From sequence record MN871449.1: a DNA stretch of 64,000 bases. The stretch is one strand, 5' to 3'. Positions 37,779 to 46,710 of this stretch are shown piece by piece; position 1 is the stretch's first letter; each line of letters begins with the position of its first letter. The translations under genes and the position numbers were made by a program. Under the pieces are notes generated by a model that was not told the origin of the DNA, ran no database searches, and saw only the letters and a list, made by a program, of their open reading frames with translations.

Positions 37779-38328
37779 TGCAACGCCTAAGTTAACAAGA
37801 GAAGACCTGGAACGGGATCTGAGCGACGTTATGCAATATTCCGCAGAGATGATCAGTAAGCTCAGTATGCGGGATTTTGCAGCCAATTGGGCGCCGCGTT
37901 TCTTTAACACCGAACCAGCTGTCCAAACACAAGCGTTAGAGGAATGGGAGCGCCTGATTGCGTTTGGGCGGAATAAACCGGTTTTCCTCTTCGATGAGGA
38001 TAGAACGATTAAATGGGTTTTCCCGCCTATTCTCGGCGATTTCCAACCTCGTTACACCGGCGAACATAATTCGTTATTTTCCATCGGGATGGAGATAAAA
38101 ACGGTTATGAATCGGATGCGTAAACAGGGCGAAGCCATGAGCGAGAAAATCTACTCCTCACTCGCGCTTGAAACAGCCGATAAAGAAATGTGGCAACGTC
38201 ACCTCCACGAAATCAGGATGCACTGTGGTTATCCTTATCCTGGCCAAACGACAATAACGACAGGTAAAGGGAACGCTGCTCCTGTAACTCCCTCTTCACT
38301 GAGTCAACCGGACGATTATGATTTCTGA
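37771..38328 (+). CDS. Conserved hypothetical protein (185 aa)
   Basis: Overlaps both neighbours. Confidence 0.75.
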   Translation: MTDATPKLTREDLERDLSDVMQYSAEMISKLSMRDFAANWAPRFFNTEPAVQTQALEEWERLIAFGRNKPVFLFDEDRTIKWVFPPILGDFQPRYTGEHNSLFSIGMEIKTVMNRMRKQGEAMSEKIYSSLALETADKEMWQRHLHEIRMHCGYPYPGQTTITTGKGNAAPVTPSSLSQPDDYDF

Positions 38329-39439
38329 CAAAAAACTCACAATAGGTGCTGTCAGCGATATTCACTTCTTCCATAAGCGAACCAAATCCCCGCGAATGCT
38401 TGCGGGGTTAAGGCGACTTTACCCGATGGAAGAAAAACCCGATTTAGACATCCTCACGGTGTCAGGGGATTACTTCGATCATTTGGTCAGTTTCAATGAG
38501 CCCGATATATACTACGCAATTGAAGGTGTTCGTCATCTCTTGCGCTATTGTAAAAAATGGAACATTTTACTCCGTGTATTAGAAGGGACCAACTCTCATG
38601 ACCGTCGACAGAATCAGATTTTCGATTTTATCAACGACGGCGAGGGGATTGACGCGCAACTGAAATACGTTGATACGTTGAGTATCGAATATTTTGAGGC
38701 GTGGGATATCAACGTACTTTACCTTCCCGATGAATGGACTCATAACGCGGAACTAACGCTCCAGCAGGTTAAGGATTTGATTCATTCTCGCGGGCTGGAA
38801 AAAGTCGATATCGCTATTGTTCATGGGGGCTGTACTTATCAGTTGCCTGGGATTCATTCCCCTGCGTTACACGATGCGGTGAAATGGAGTGATCTTGTCT
38901 CCCTGGTCGTTCTCTCTGGGCATATCCATAACCACAGTCGGTATCTGAAATGGGTCTCTGTAGGCTCATTGGAGCGACTTGGTCATGGGGAAGAAGAACC
39001 TAAAGGTGTGATCGAACTGACGTTCTTAAACGGGAAAGAGGTCGACTTTAAACGCCGGATTAATCAGCAGGCGAAAATATATCGTACGCTTTCTGCTATC
39101 GGTTTAGATTTCCCGGAAATTATCGATCTCATCGACAGGCAGAGTGATCTTCCGAAAGGCTCGGCGATAAGATTAGAATTTATGTCCGATGACCCGGTGA
39201 CGGCGTGGATGGAAATTCTTAAATCTACTTTCCCTGATTATGAACTCAGTGAGATCAGAAGAGGGAAGAAAACCCAAACGGTGGCGGGGAGCACGTTCAC
39301 TCAGAAACGTTTTGAGTTTACTCCTATCACGCCGTCAAGTATTCAACCTCTGTTCAAACAGCGCTGGGAGAACGAACAAATCCCGGCAAGTAAAATTGAA
39401 AAGACGCTTTCGTTATTGAATGAATTAATTGAGGAATAA
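38318..39439 (+). CDS. sbcD: SbcD/Mre11-like metallophosphoesterase nuclease
   Basis: SDIH, GDYFD, EGTNSHD, IVHG, GHIH and GSLER motifs. Confidence 0.85.
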   Translation: MISDKKLTIGAVSDIHFFHKRTKSPRMLAGLRRLYPMEEKPDLDILTVSGDYFDHLVSFNEPDIYYAIEGVRHLLRYCKKWNILLRVLEGTNSHDRRQNQIFDFINDGEGIDAQLKYVDTLSIEYFEAWDINVLYLPDEWTHNAELTLQQVKDLIHSRGLEKVDIAIVHGGCTYQLPGIHSPALHDAVKWSDLVSLVVLSGHIHNHSRYLKWVSVGSLERLGHGEEEPKGVIELTFLNGKEVDFKRRINQQAKIYRTLSAIGLDFPEIIDLIDRQSDLPKGSAIRLEFMSDDPVTAWMEILKSTFPDYELSEIRRGKKTQTVAGSTFTQKRFEFTPITPSSIQPLFKQRWENEQIPASKIEKTLSLLNELIEE

Positions 39440-39440
39440 G

Positions 39441-39665
39441 ATGGATAAGCCGGCGACGAACATTATTCTGGAGATTATTGCGGCATCAGGATTTTGGTTT
39501 TTATTTTGGTTTATGTCCTCTTTCGCCAGTCTCTTTCACCCTAATGACTACAACGTTCCCGCTCATGCGACATTAGCGTTGTTCGCATTGATTTTGGCCC
39601 GGGTCATCTATGCGATTTTAAGCTCGGTGACCAAAAGTAAGAACGTCGACCAAGGAGCAGAATGA
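39441..39665 (+). CDS. Small two-TM membrane protein (74 aa)
   Basis: GAGGA RBS; hydrophobic runs IILEIIAASGFWFLFWFMSSFASLF and ATLALFALILARVIYAIL. Confidence 0.65.
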   Translation: MDKPATNIILEIIAASGFWFLFWFMSSFASLFHPNDYNVPAHATLALFALILARVIYAILSSVTKSKNVDQGAE

Positions 39666-40507
39666 ATATCTACGACATCCTTGCGAGAAGAGCGGTAGGG
39701 GAACTACCGCTCAGCATCGGTACCAGTTTGGCTATGGAGACCCTTGAACCAAACAAACGTTACGGAGGGCTCTGGATCAACACACGGACGCTTTATCGTA
39801 ACATCTACGATGCGTTAGACGGTGAAGACAGAAAAGCGCTTGTAGGGTCTCTGATGCAGGATAAAAGCCAGCGTAATAATCAGGTGGTGGTCGCAGCATT
39901 TGCCGATACCCTCGAAGAAGAGCTCCATCAAATTCTTCAGTACGGGCAAGGGAAACTTGACAAAGTTACCTTATATCACCGTGAATACGCCAACTTGTTA
40001 CGAGACTATCGTCACGCGATTTTGTTTAACCCGAAGACTCCGCTTCAGAAAACGTTTCGTCATTTAATGGACAATGTTATCGATGAGGTTTTACGTCGAC
40101 CTATCGGACGCTATGTCGACTTTGATAAAGGCTCTCAATTAAAAGGGGAACCCATCAAAGCTCTGATCATGACTCATTACTCCATTGACTTACTTTCCCG
40201 TACTGAGTTTACGCAATTACGTTTGATTGAATCGTATTCAGGTGCGATCAAATCGAAGAGTCAGTGGAACACCAAATTGACGGATGGAAAGCTCTACCCG
40301 AGGATTCCGTTTAACGCGTTCACGATTCAGGTCTTCGGTGACCGAAATATTCTTTTTATGCGTTACCCCAAACCGGTGAGGGAGGCTGTTCTTGAATTGT
40401 CAGAACGTTTCAAATGGACAACGATGACAACGATGGACAAAATAAGGCTCAACCTGAACTGGATGAACGACCGCTACACTGCTGAGATGCTAAAAAGACT
40501 TTTCTAA
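39662..40507 (+). CDS. Conserved chimallivirus protein (281 aa), function unknown
   Basis: ATGA overlap; lies in the nvRNAP/nucleus gene block. Confidence 0.75.
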   Translation: MNIYDILARRAVGELPLSIGTSLAMETLEPNKRYGGLWINTRTLYRNIYDALDGEDRKALVGSLMQDKSQRNNQVVVAAFADTLEEELHQILQYGQGKLDKVTLYHREYANLLRDYRHAILFNPKTPLQKTFRHLMDNVIDEVLRRPIGRYVDFDKGSQLKGEPIKALIMTHYSIDLLSRTEFTQLRLIESYSGAIKSKSQWNTKLTDGKLYPRIPFNAFTIQVFGDRNILFMRYPKPVREAVLELSERFKWTTMTTMDKIRLNLNWMNDRYTAEMLKRLF

Positions 40508-40577
40508 GAGTCTCAGTTTTTACGCGAGGGTGAGTTAATACGATACCCTTTTCTTAACCGTGAAATTAAGGCTAGTT

Positions 40578-41396
40578 ATGGCTAACAACAATACATTTGA
40601 TCTCGGACGTCCTCTTCGCGCGATGGATGCTTGGGACTGCCGTTTGAGCGCGCCCGCAACACAAAGCAGTGACGGTAAAGAGCCGTTTCTGTTCGTCGAT
40701 TTCCGTTACCACAAAGTTGACGGTAATCACGTTAAAGTCCGTGATATCAAAATGGGCGTGAACCTGCGTAAACAAGGTCGTGACGGGAAAATCGATTTCT
40801 ACCCTTCGTTGACGCAGTTCAGAATGATCACAATAGCAATCGAAGACATTGCTTCGGGTCGCGCGCTGGATGAGAATGGGCAGCCGCTTTCGATCGTTAA
40901 ACTTGAAAGCATGACTACTTTCATGTTCGGCAAAAAGCTCGATCGCCCTGAAACCGAAGTCATGGTTGTTGTAGGTAAAGACCAGGAAGGCGTTTTCATT
41001 GGTCTGATGATGAAAGGGCGCGATAACGTGAAGTTCTACTTCACTCCGCCGAAGATGACGCAGCTGCGTCTTTCTTCCGGTGAAGTCCTGACTAACGGTT
41101 ATGTTTCCTCTCTGGCGGCCCGTGCTCGTGCAGACATCTGGTGGGATCACGTTAACAGCATTCTGAAAGCGGGTTATATGTCTGACCAAGAAGTTCAAGA
41201 AGCGAAAGACCGTAACCGTCAGCAGAACCAGCAGAACTTTGCTAAACGTCAAGGCGGTAACGGCGGGGGGAACTGGAACAACAATTCCGGTGGTGGTAAC
41301 GGCGGTAATAGTTGGGGTGGCGGCAACCAAGCGTCTTCTCAACCTGCAGCACCTGCGGCGCCGCAAGGCACTTTTGATAACGACGTTCCTTGGTAA
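40578..41396 (+). CDS. chmC: ChmC, nucleus-associated nucleic-acid-binding protein (phiKZ gp67 position)
   Basis: Directly upstream of the gp68-like subunit; beta-rich core plus a long Q/N/G-rich disordered tail, as described for ChmC. Confidence 0.7.
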   Translation: MANNNTFDLGRPLRAMDAWDCRLSAPATQSSDGKEPFLFVDFRYHKVDGNHVKVRDIKMGVNLRKQGRDGKIDFYPSLTQFRMITIAIEDIASGRALDENGQPLSIVKLESMTTFMFGKKLDRPETEVMVVVGKDQEGVFIGLMMKGRDNVKFYFTPPKMTQLRLSSGEVLTNGYVSSLAARARADIWWDHVNSILKAGYMSDQEVQEAKDRNRQQNQQNFAKRQGGNGGGNWNNNSGGGNGGNSWGGGNQASSQPAAPAAPQGTFDNDVPW

Positions 41397-41405
41397 CAGG
41401 AATAC

Positions 41406-41431
41406 CCGAGCGAGTCGTGAGACTCGCTCGG
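41406..41431 (+). terminator. Hairpin after chmC
   Basis: CCGAGCGAGTC-GTGA-GACTCGCTCGG (GNRA loop), interrupted U-tract. Confidence 0.6.
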
Positions 41432-41450
41432 TTCCATTTGTTTTCGTGCA

Positions 41451-41467
41451 TATATTACTCTATTGAT
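41451..41467 (+). promoter_or_regulatory. Phage early promoter motif
   Basis: TATATTAC-TC-TATTGAT. Confidence 0.7.
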
Positions 41468-41490
41468 AGCCGTAAACCCGAGGAAAAACC

Positions 41491-43032
41491 ATGCAATTTT
41501 ATTTTGATGAAAGTTTAGGTGGTCGAGCAAAAACACGTGTACTCTGTATGAGTCACGGGGAATACGACACGCTCTTTTGGGAGATGAAGAAATTAACCTG
41601 GAACGAAACAACGTTTCGTGACATTAATCGATTCTTCTCTTATCTCGAAGAAGACATTCAGGAAAAGGTCTTCTTAGTTTATCGTAATATTCGTGATAAA
41701 CTGGACAATGCGTACGAATTCAATACCACGAGTAAAATGGTCAACGAGGACATCATTGAACTTTATCAGTTCTTGCCGTTAGCCTTGATCGATCACTGGA
41801 TGCGTCACTACAGCGATATCCGTTTACCCCCAGATTTGAAAACGTCTTTGCTGGAAGATGATCGTCCAGAGCAAACGTATCTGGAACCGGATTATCGTCA
41901 ACTGACCGTGATGTCGATTGCTCTGAAAGCAATGGTGCCGATCTGGAGTGAGTTCTTGGCGTTGGAATCCGCAATGGCAGAATCCAACAAAGAGATCTAC
42001 GCGCAACAGCTTTTACGTCGAACTGAAATCTATGAATCACAGGCGATGGAACGTTTCCGTGAGTTCGTAGATGCGGTGGTTTCGGGGACGACACCGGGGA
42101 TGAAGAATATCATCTTTGGGATCGGTTCAGCGGATATTCCCGAATGGATGTTGGCGTATCTCGTGGTGAGTCGGTTGTCAGTGATTCAGTTGAGTCATGA
42201 TGATGACGATGATCAAGTCGAAACCGTTAACCTGATCAGTAAGATGTGGAGCGCGATCAAAACGCAGCTTCCAAGTGACGGCGGACGGAGCGGCAAAGAT
42301 GACGTCAGACCAAAAACCATGGTCAAAGACTCAGGCGGGGAAGAAGATAACCTGTCTACGGCGGAAAGTTATAAAGTCAGGGAAAGTATTTCTGACGGCG
42401 AACGTATCGCGTTTGACTATTGGGCGAAAGAACTGCGGGCGAAAGCCAGTCGTATTCTCGGTGATGACTACGACCAAGCGTTACTTTTCTCGGTGATTGC
42501 GCGTAATAAGTCCAGGAAGTTTTTCAACCCGAACGAAGCGCAACTGAAGTTGGTAGCGGTGACGTTACATCAACAGGTTGTTACGCGTTCTATTCCGCAT
42601 ACGGAGCGCAGCGGAGCGATTGATCTGATCTCTATTGCGCAGGTCTATCTTTATCAAAACGGGTTCGCGGCGCTGGCGGACTTGATTGGTGCTACGCAGA
42701 AAGAAAGAATCCAAAATATCTTCAATGCAGGACAAATCAAAGAGGAGCAACTGAATGTCTTCAATGAAATTTATCCATATCGACGCTATTCAACTTTAGG
42801 GTCTGCCCGCTCTAAAGCCATGCTAAAAACTCCCGGCGAAATCGCCGTTAACGCCTTCTATAATGAATTTGCGAACAACTATTGGCAACGCGATGTCGTT
42901 GCTGAGATTGCAAACGAAAGTACGATGATTGAAGATAATCATCGCGGATTAATGGTACCGCCTAACTTTAAACAGTTACTGGCTGAGTTCATTATCTTCA
43001 TTAAGACGCGTTCTACCATTGCTAAACCTTAA
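41491..43032 (+). CDS. Non-virion RNAP promoter-specificity (sigma-like) subunit (phiKZ gp68-like)
   Basis: 513 aa, helical; size and position between chmC and picA. Confidence 0.7.
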   Translation: MQFYFDESLGGRAKTRVLCMSHGEYDTLFWEMKKLTWNETTFRDINRFFSYLEEDIQEKVFLVYRNIRDKLDNAYEFNTTSKMVNEDIIELYQFLPLALIDHWMRHYSDIRLPPDLKTSLLEDDRPEQTYLEPDYRQLTVMSIALKAMVPIWSEFLALESAMAESNKEIYAQQLLRRTEIYESQAMERFREFVDAVVSGTTPGMKNIIFGIGSADIPEWMLAYLVVSRLSVIQLSHDDDDDQVETVNLISKMWSAIKTQLPSDGGRSGKDDVRPKTMVKDSGGEEDNLSTAESYKVRESISDGERIAFDYWAKELRAKASRILGDDYDQALLFSVIARNKSRKFFNPNEAQLKLVAVTLHQQVVTRSIPHTERSGAIDLISIAQVYLYQNGFAALADLIGATQKERIQNIFNAGQIKEEQLNVFNEIYPYRRYSTLGSARSKAMLKTPGEIAVNAFYNEFANNYWQRDVVAEIANESTMIEDNHRGLMVPPNFKQLLAEFIIFIKTRSTIAKP

Positions 43033-43060
43033 TACCAAACTACCGAAAAGGAACCTGTAA

Positions 43061-44584
43061 ATGAAACCGACTGTAATTAGTGCATTCTTCTTCACCACTT
43101 CTAATTACGATGACCAATACGGTAGCTCATTCACGACTCATTTCGACAATGGCGTGAAAGACCGTCTTGTCAAAGCAACCGATCGCGGCAGAAACATCAA
43201 CTCGATTTCGTTATCAGCAGCTGTTAACGATGCGATCAGCATGACTGCAAAACGCGGTTCGATTATTGATATCCCCGGGGGTTGGGGTGAGAAACGTTTG
43301 AGTTTCATTATCACGTTCCTGATCTCTGACTATGCTGGATCTACCCAACGTCAGGTACTGACCGGGTTCACCGATTATAACGGCGTCAGCATGGTCAGCG
43401 GTGAACTGGATGACCAAATGGATCTCTTCATCAATAACTCCATCATCATCCGTGACACCGTTCTCGATACGGGCCGTGGCCGTATTCTGCGTCCACGAAT
43501 TGAATCCTCTGAGTACGTTATCCGTGGTCGGGGCCGTAACGAAGGCCAACGTGGTCTTCGCCGTGACCGTGGCGAGCGTTTAATTCGTCCGCACGATATC
43601 TTCAATGACGTAGGTATCCAAGATTATCAGCGTTACCATTCTGGCGGCGATCAGATTATCGATACCCGTGCTGATCTGGTGGGCGATATCAAGATGGGTT
43701 CTCGTCGTGAAAATAATGCGGCGGATTACATCTCGACGGTATTGAAGGCGGGTGTACTGGCGGAGACAATGGAGCAGCCGAGCTGGAACCCCGACTCTGC
43801 GTTAGCAGGGGAAGAGATGTCAAAATCGGAACTGGCGGCAGGAGCAGTTAACCTGAGCAAAACAGAAGATAACCCACTCTTTGCACAGTTCCTGCAAGAA
43901 TGCGACTTCTATCAAGAAGGCGTCATTCGCCTCGAAGACTTAGCGCGGATGGTAGATTGGCCAGAGACTTATCGTGGTCAGCCCGTCACGCAGTTTATCA
44001 ATCCGAAACAGGTCGAAGAGCGTGGTTATAAAAGCTATGAACGTGGACGTGGGAACAACCTCGGCGGTGCAGGTGTTGATGCAGTAGCCGTTCGTATCAT
44101 CTCTCAAGCCGTACCTTCTATCCTGATGACCAACCACATCTCTGATGCCATGATCGCTTTCAGTAATGATAACGATATCGGAGAAATGCAGGTTGAGGTC
44201 TGGGGTGAACGTCCGTTGATTCCGGGTTCGAACGTCTCGGGCGCGGTGAACGCGGTTCGTCAGTTGATTGAGTATCAAGTAGCGAAACCCGTTTCCCATA
44301 ACGGTCAGATGATCGTTACCTGTACGATCGACTGTTCTGCAATCACGGACATTAAAATCAATCTGTCGTTAGACGGCCAACCGGAAGAACTTTACGTTAT
44401 TCCAATGTATTGCGATGGTCTTATCTCACCGCAGAAAACTGATGACTACGATCTGGCATCTAAGATCGTCACTGACTTGCAAAGTACGATCACCGAATTG
44501 GCAGACAGTCAATTCTCCATGGAAGAAAACCGTATCGATGACGCGTTGACTGGTTTCAGTTGGGGCGGGAACGGCCGTTTTTAA
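43061..44584 (+). CDS. picA: PicA/Imp1 nuclear protein-import factor (phiKZ gp69-like)
   Basis: 507 aa directly downstream of the gp68-like gene; GGW.E.R...F...F and LTGFTDY segments; assignment mainly by synteny. Confidence 0.7.
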   Translation: MKPTVISAFFFTTSNYDDQYGSSFTTHFDNGVKDRLVKATDRGRNINSISLSAAVNDAISMTAKRGSIIDIPGGWGEKRLSFIITFLISDYAGSTQRQVLTGFTDYNGVSMVSGELDDQMDLFINNSIIIRDTVLDTGRGRILRPRIESSEYVIRGRGRNEGQRGLRRDRGERLIRPHDIFNDVGIQDYQRYHSGGDQIIDTRADLVGDIKMGSRRENNAADYISTVLKAGVLAETMEQPSWNPDSALAGEEMSKSELAAGAVNLSKTEDNPLFAQFLQECDFYQEGVIRLEDLARMVDWPETYRGQPVTQFINPKQVEERGYKSYERGRGNNLGGAGVDAVAVRIISQAVPSILMTNHISDAMIAFSNDNDIGEMQVEVWGERPLIPGSNVSGAVNAVRQLIEYQVAKPVSHNGQMIVTCTIDCSAITDIKINLSLDGQPEELYVIPMYCDGLISPQKTDDYDLASKIVTDLQSTITELADSQFSMEENRIDDALTGFSWGGNGRF

Positions 44585-44612
44585 ACGATAAGATTCTCTT
44601 TGAGGAAAAGAA

Positions 44613-45866
44613 ATGAACAAGAAAAAGTTGACTACGATCTATCGCGAGATTCTTACCGCGTTAGGTTTTGAGGTGGATGAGAAGGGCGGCGTCTATTTCG
44701 AAGCATTGGGCGTCAGAGCACCTTTCACCATGAACAAACGTCAGTTGGTTATTCCGACCGACGAATGGCTGAAAAATCCGGATTGGGAAAATACTATCCC
44801 GTTCCACCCGCTATCCGAAAACACCCAACGGAAAAAGTCCGAAGTACTGGAACGGTTGACGCTCTGTGTTTGTAACCGACTCTATCAGGTTGGGGCAACG
44901 ATGATCTGTTTCCTGACCGAACTGGCCGCGGACACAGATCGCCATGCAAAACTGACGCCGGAGCAACGCGACTATCTTCGCCTCTTACCGGAAGCCGATA
45001 AACGTACGGTTGAAGATACCCGTAAACTGATGATGTCGAAGTTGACCTTTAAAGGCGATAACGCGTTTATCAACATATTCATCAAACGTGGCGGCGTATG
45101 GAAAGGCGAAGAGTATTCTCGCGTGGCGGTAACCACCTTCCCGATTGCGGACCAGGAGAATAACGAAGATAAGAAAATCTTCGATGTCACCTTCCGCGTT
45201 CGTGACCGTGCAGCGCTGTTTAACCTGCTCCGTCACATCTTCCCTAATTTCGATAAATCGATTGACGAATACAGCTATGGTAGTCGTTCATCGGTCGCGC
45301 CGAATTTCCATTCGCTGATGATGGCGTTTGCAAATCTGGCGTTTGATCTGAATAAGGTCACGAAAGTATTCCAGGAAGACTTTGAAGAAATGAAAGGTCT
45401 GTTGATCGGAACGAATTGGGTTAAGAACATGGCGGAGCTGACGGAGTATCGTAATGACATTCCGCCGCTGGAAGGTAACGAAGGCGAAGCGAACGAAGAC
45501 GAGCTGGCGAAGCCTAAGGCTAAAGCGGAAAACCGCGAACGTATTCGTGAAGAACGCGAACAACGTCGTGAAGTTTCCTCTGGCCGTCGGCAAGTACTTC
45601 GTTCAACAGATGAGCGTCGTGATGAACCGCGGAGTTTAATCGGCGGAAGTCGTAACGATCGTCGTTACGAAGATGATCGCCGGGGCGGTGGCTTACTGCG
45701 TCGTGTTTCTCATGACGACCGGGACGATCGTGATTACGATGAGGATCGTCGTGGTTCACGTCCTCGTTCATTACTCGACCGTTACGATGATCGTGACTAC
45801 GACCGTCGCGGAAGCGGATTCGGAGAACGAAGTGCATTTGGTTCCCGCAACCGTTTCCGTCGTTAA
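44613..45866 (+). CDS. Conserved nucleus-block protein (phiKZ gp70 position) with an Arg/Asp/Glu-rich disordered tail
   Basis: 417 aa; roughly the last 110 aa are RE/RD/RG-rich low complexity. Confidence 0.7.
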   Translation: MNKKKLTTIYREILTALGFEVDEKGGVYFEALGVRAPFTMNKRQLVIPTDEWLKNPDWENTIPFHPLSENTQRKKSEVLERLTLCVCNRLYQVGATMICFLTELAADTDRHAKLTPEQRDYLRLLPEADKRTVEDTRKLMMSKLTFKGDNAFINIFIKRGGVWKGEEYSRVAVTTFPIADQENNEDKKIFDVTFRVRDRAALFNLLRHIFPNFDKSIDEYSYGSRSSVAPNFHSLMMAFANLAFDLNKVTKVFQEDFEEMKGLLIGTNWVKNMAELTEYRNDIPPLEGNEGEANEDELAKPKAKAENRERIREEREQRREVSSGRRQVLRSTDERRDEPRSLIGGSRNDRRYEDDRRGGGLLRRVSHDDRDDRDYDEDRRGSRPRSLLDRYDDRDYDRRGSGFGERSAFGSRNRFRR

Positions 45867-45877
45867 GACATAAAACC

Positions 45878-45901
45878 GAGAGAGGGCATTTGCCCTCTCT
45901 C
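45878..45901 (+). terminator. Hairpin after the gp70-like gene
   Basis: GAGAGAGGGC-ATTT-GCCCTCTCTC; delayed U-tract. Confidence 0.55.
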
Positions 45902-45920
45902 AATCTGTTCTTTTAAGGAG

Positions 45921-46151
45921 ATGAAAATGCGTCAATCAAAAGACGATTCGCAGATGAAACTTATCCTCGACGACGTAGAGGCACAAGTTAATCTCTACCG
46001 GACAACGATCGATAATCACCTGCATCGTTTGGTGGTATCGGCGGCTGAGCGGGGCTATCTCAACGAAGAAATTGCTGCGTTTCTGGAAATACCGGTCGGT
46101 GCTGTAGACAACTTTCTTAGCTACTCACCCGATGTTTTCGAACCCAATTAA
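45921..46151 (+). CDS. Small HTH protein (sigma-70 region-4-like pattern)
   Basis: AAGGAG RBS; RGYLNEEIAAFLEIPVGAVDNFL. Confidence 0.55.
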   Translation: MKMRQSKDDSQMKLILDDVEAQVNLYRTTIDNHLHRLVVSAAERGYLNEEIAAFLEIPVGAVDNFLSYSPDVFEPN

Positions 46152-46163
46152 TTCGTTATAAAC

Positions 46164-46197
46164 GAGAAGAGGTTTTCGCCTCTTCTCTTTATTTTTT
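46164..46197 (+). terminator. Intrinsic terminator
   Basis: GAGAAGAGG-TTTTCG-CCTCTTCTC-TTTATTTTTT. Confidence 0.75.
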
Positions 46198-46242
46198 GTT
46201 TTCTCATTTTCAACGGCTGGGTCTAATGATATAGAAAACCTT

Positions 46243-46593
46243 TTAATTCGTCGGCAGAGACGACGTATACCGCGTGTATATCTGCTCGATTTTATTAATT
46301 GAAGGGAAGATGAGCAAATCAAACTTTTCCCCGAATTGATCGGGTGATGTCATGTTGTTAGCACGAAGATAAGGGTAAAAGTATTGTGGTTGCGTTACCT
46401 TCGCTACGTCACGGAGGAAAGCGTAGAACCTTCCTTTATACCGTGCTCGCTCCATTCCCGTGGGACGGTAAGTTTCGCCGTTACCTGGGTCTTGAAGGAA
46501 CAGTAAATGATCTTCAACACAATTCAGCCAACTTTCCGTGTAATATTGAGGTTGTCCTGGGTTCCTCAATTTCGTTATTAAAGGTTCTGCCAT
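46243..46593 (-). CDS. 116-aa protein, possibly a LysM/tail-X-like baseplate component
   Basis: GGAG RBS; FYAFL...YFYPYLRANNMTSPDQF...LLIFP pattern. Confidence 0.4.
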   Translation of the reverse strand: MAEPLITKLRNPGQPQYYTESWLNCVEDHLLFLQDPGNGETYRPTGMERARYKGRFYAFLRDVAKVTQPQYFYPYLRANNMTSPDQFGEKFDLLIFPSINKIEQIYTRYTSSLPTN

Positions 46594-46622
46594 AACAAGG
46601 TTTCTCCAACTGACTTAAAGAA

Positions 46623-46639
46623 TATATCACTCTATTGAA
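46623..46639 (+). promoter_or_regulatory. Early promoter motif for the nvRNAP beta/beta-prime/helicase genes
   Basis: TATATCAC-TC-TATTGAA followed by leader hairpin TTTAGAC-ACTGA-GTCTAAA. Confidence 0.7.
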
Positions 46640-46710
46640 GGCTGTTTAGACACTGAGTCTAAATCTATTTTTAACTATCGTGAAAGAAGCATAAAGGGGT
46701 TTAGTCTGTC

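Noticed and set aside
40572-41366. 264-aa minus-strand ORF antisense to chmC
   Set aside because: Shadow ORF; its low-complexity start mirrors the G/N-rich tail.
45288-45903. Several antisense and alternate-frame ORFs and apparent short DNA repeats in the RD-rich tail
   Set aside because: Explained by repeated Arg/Asp codons (CGT, GAT, GAC); no regular spacer pattern, so not CRISPR or a true tandem array.
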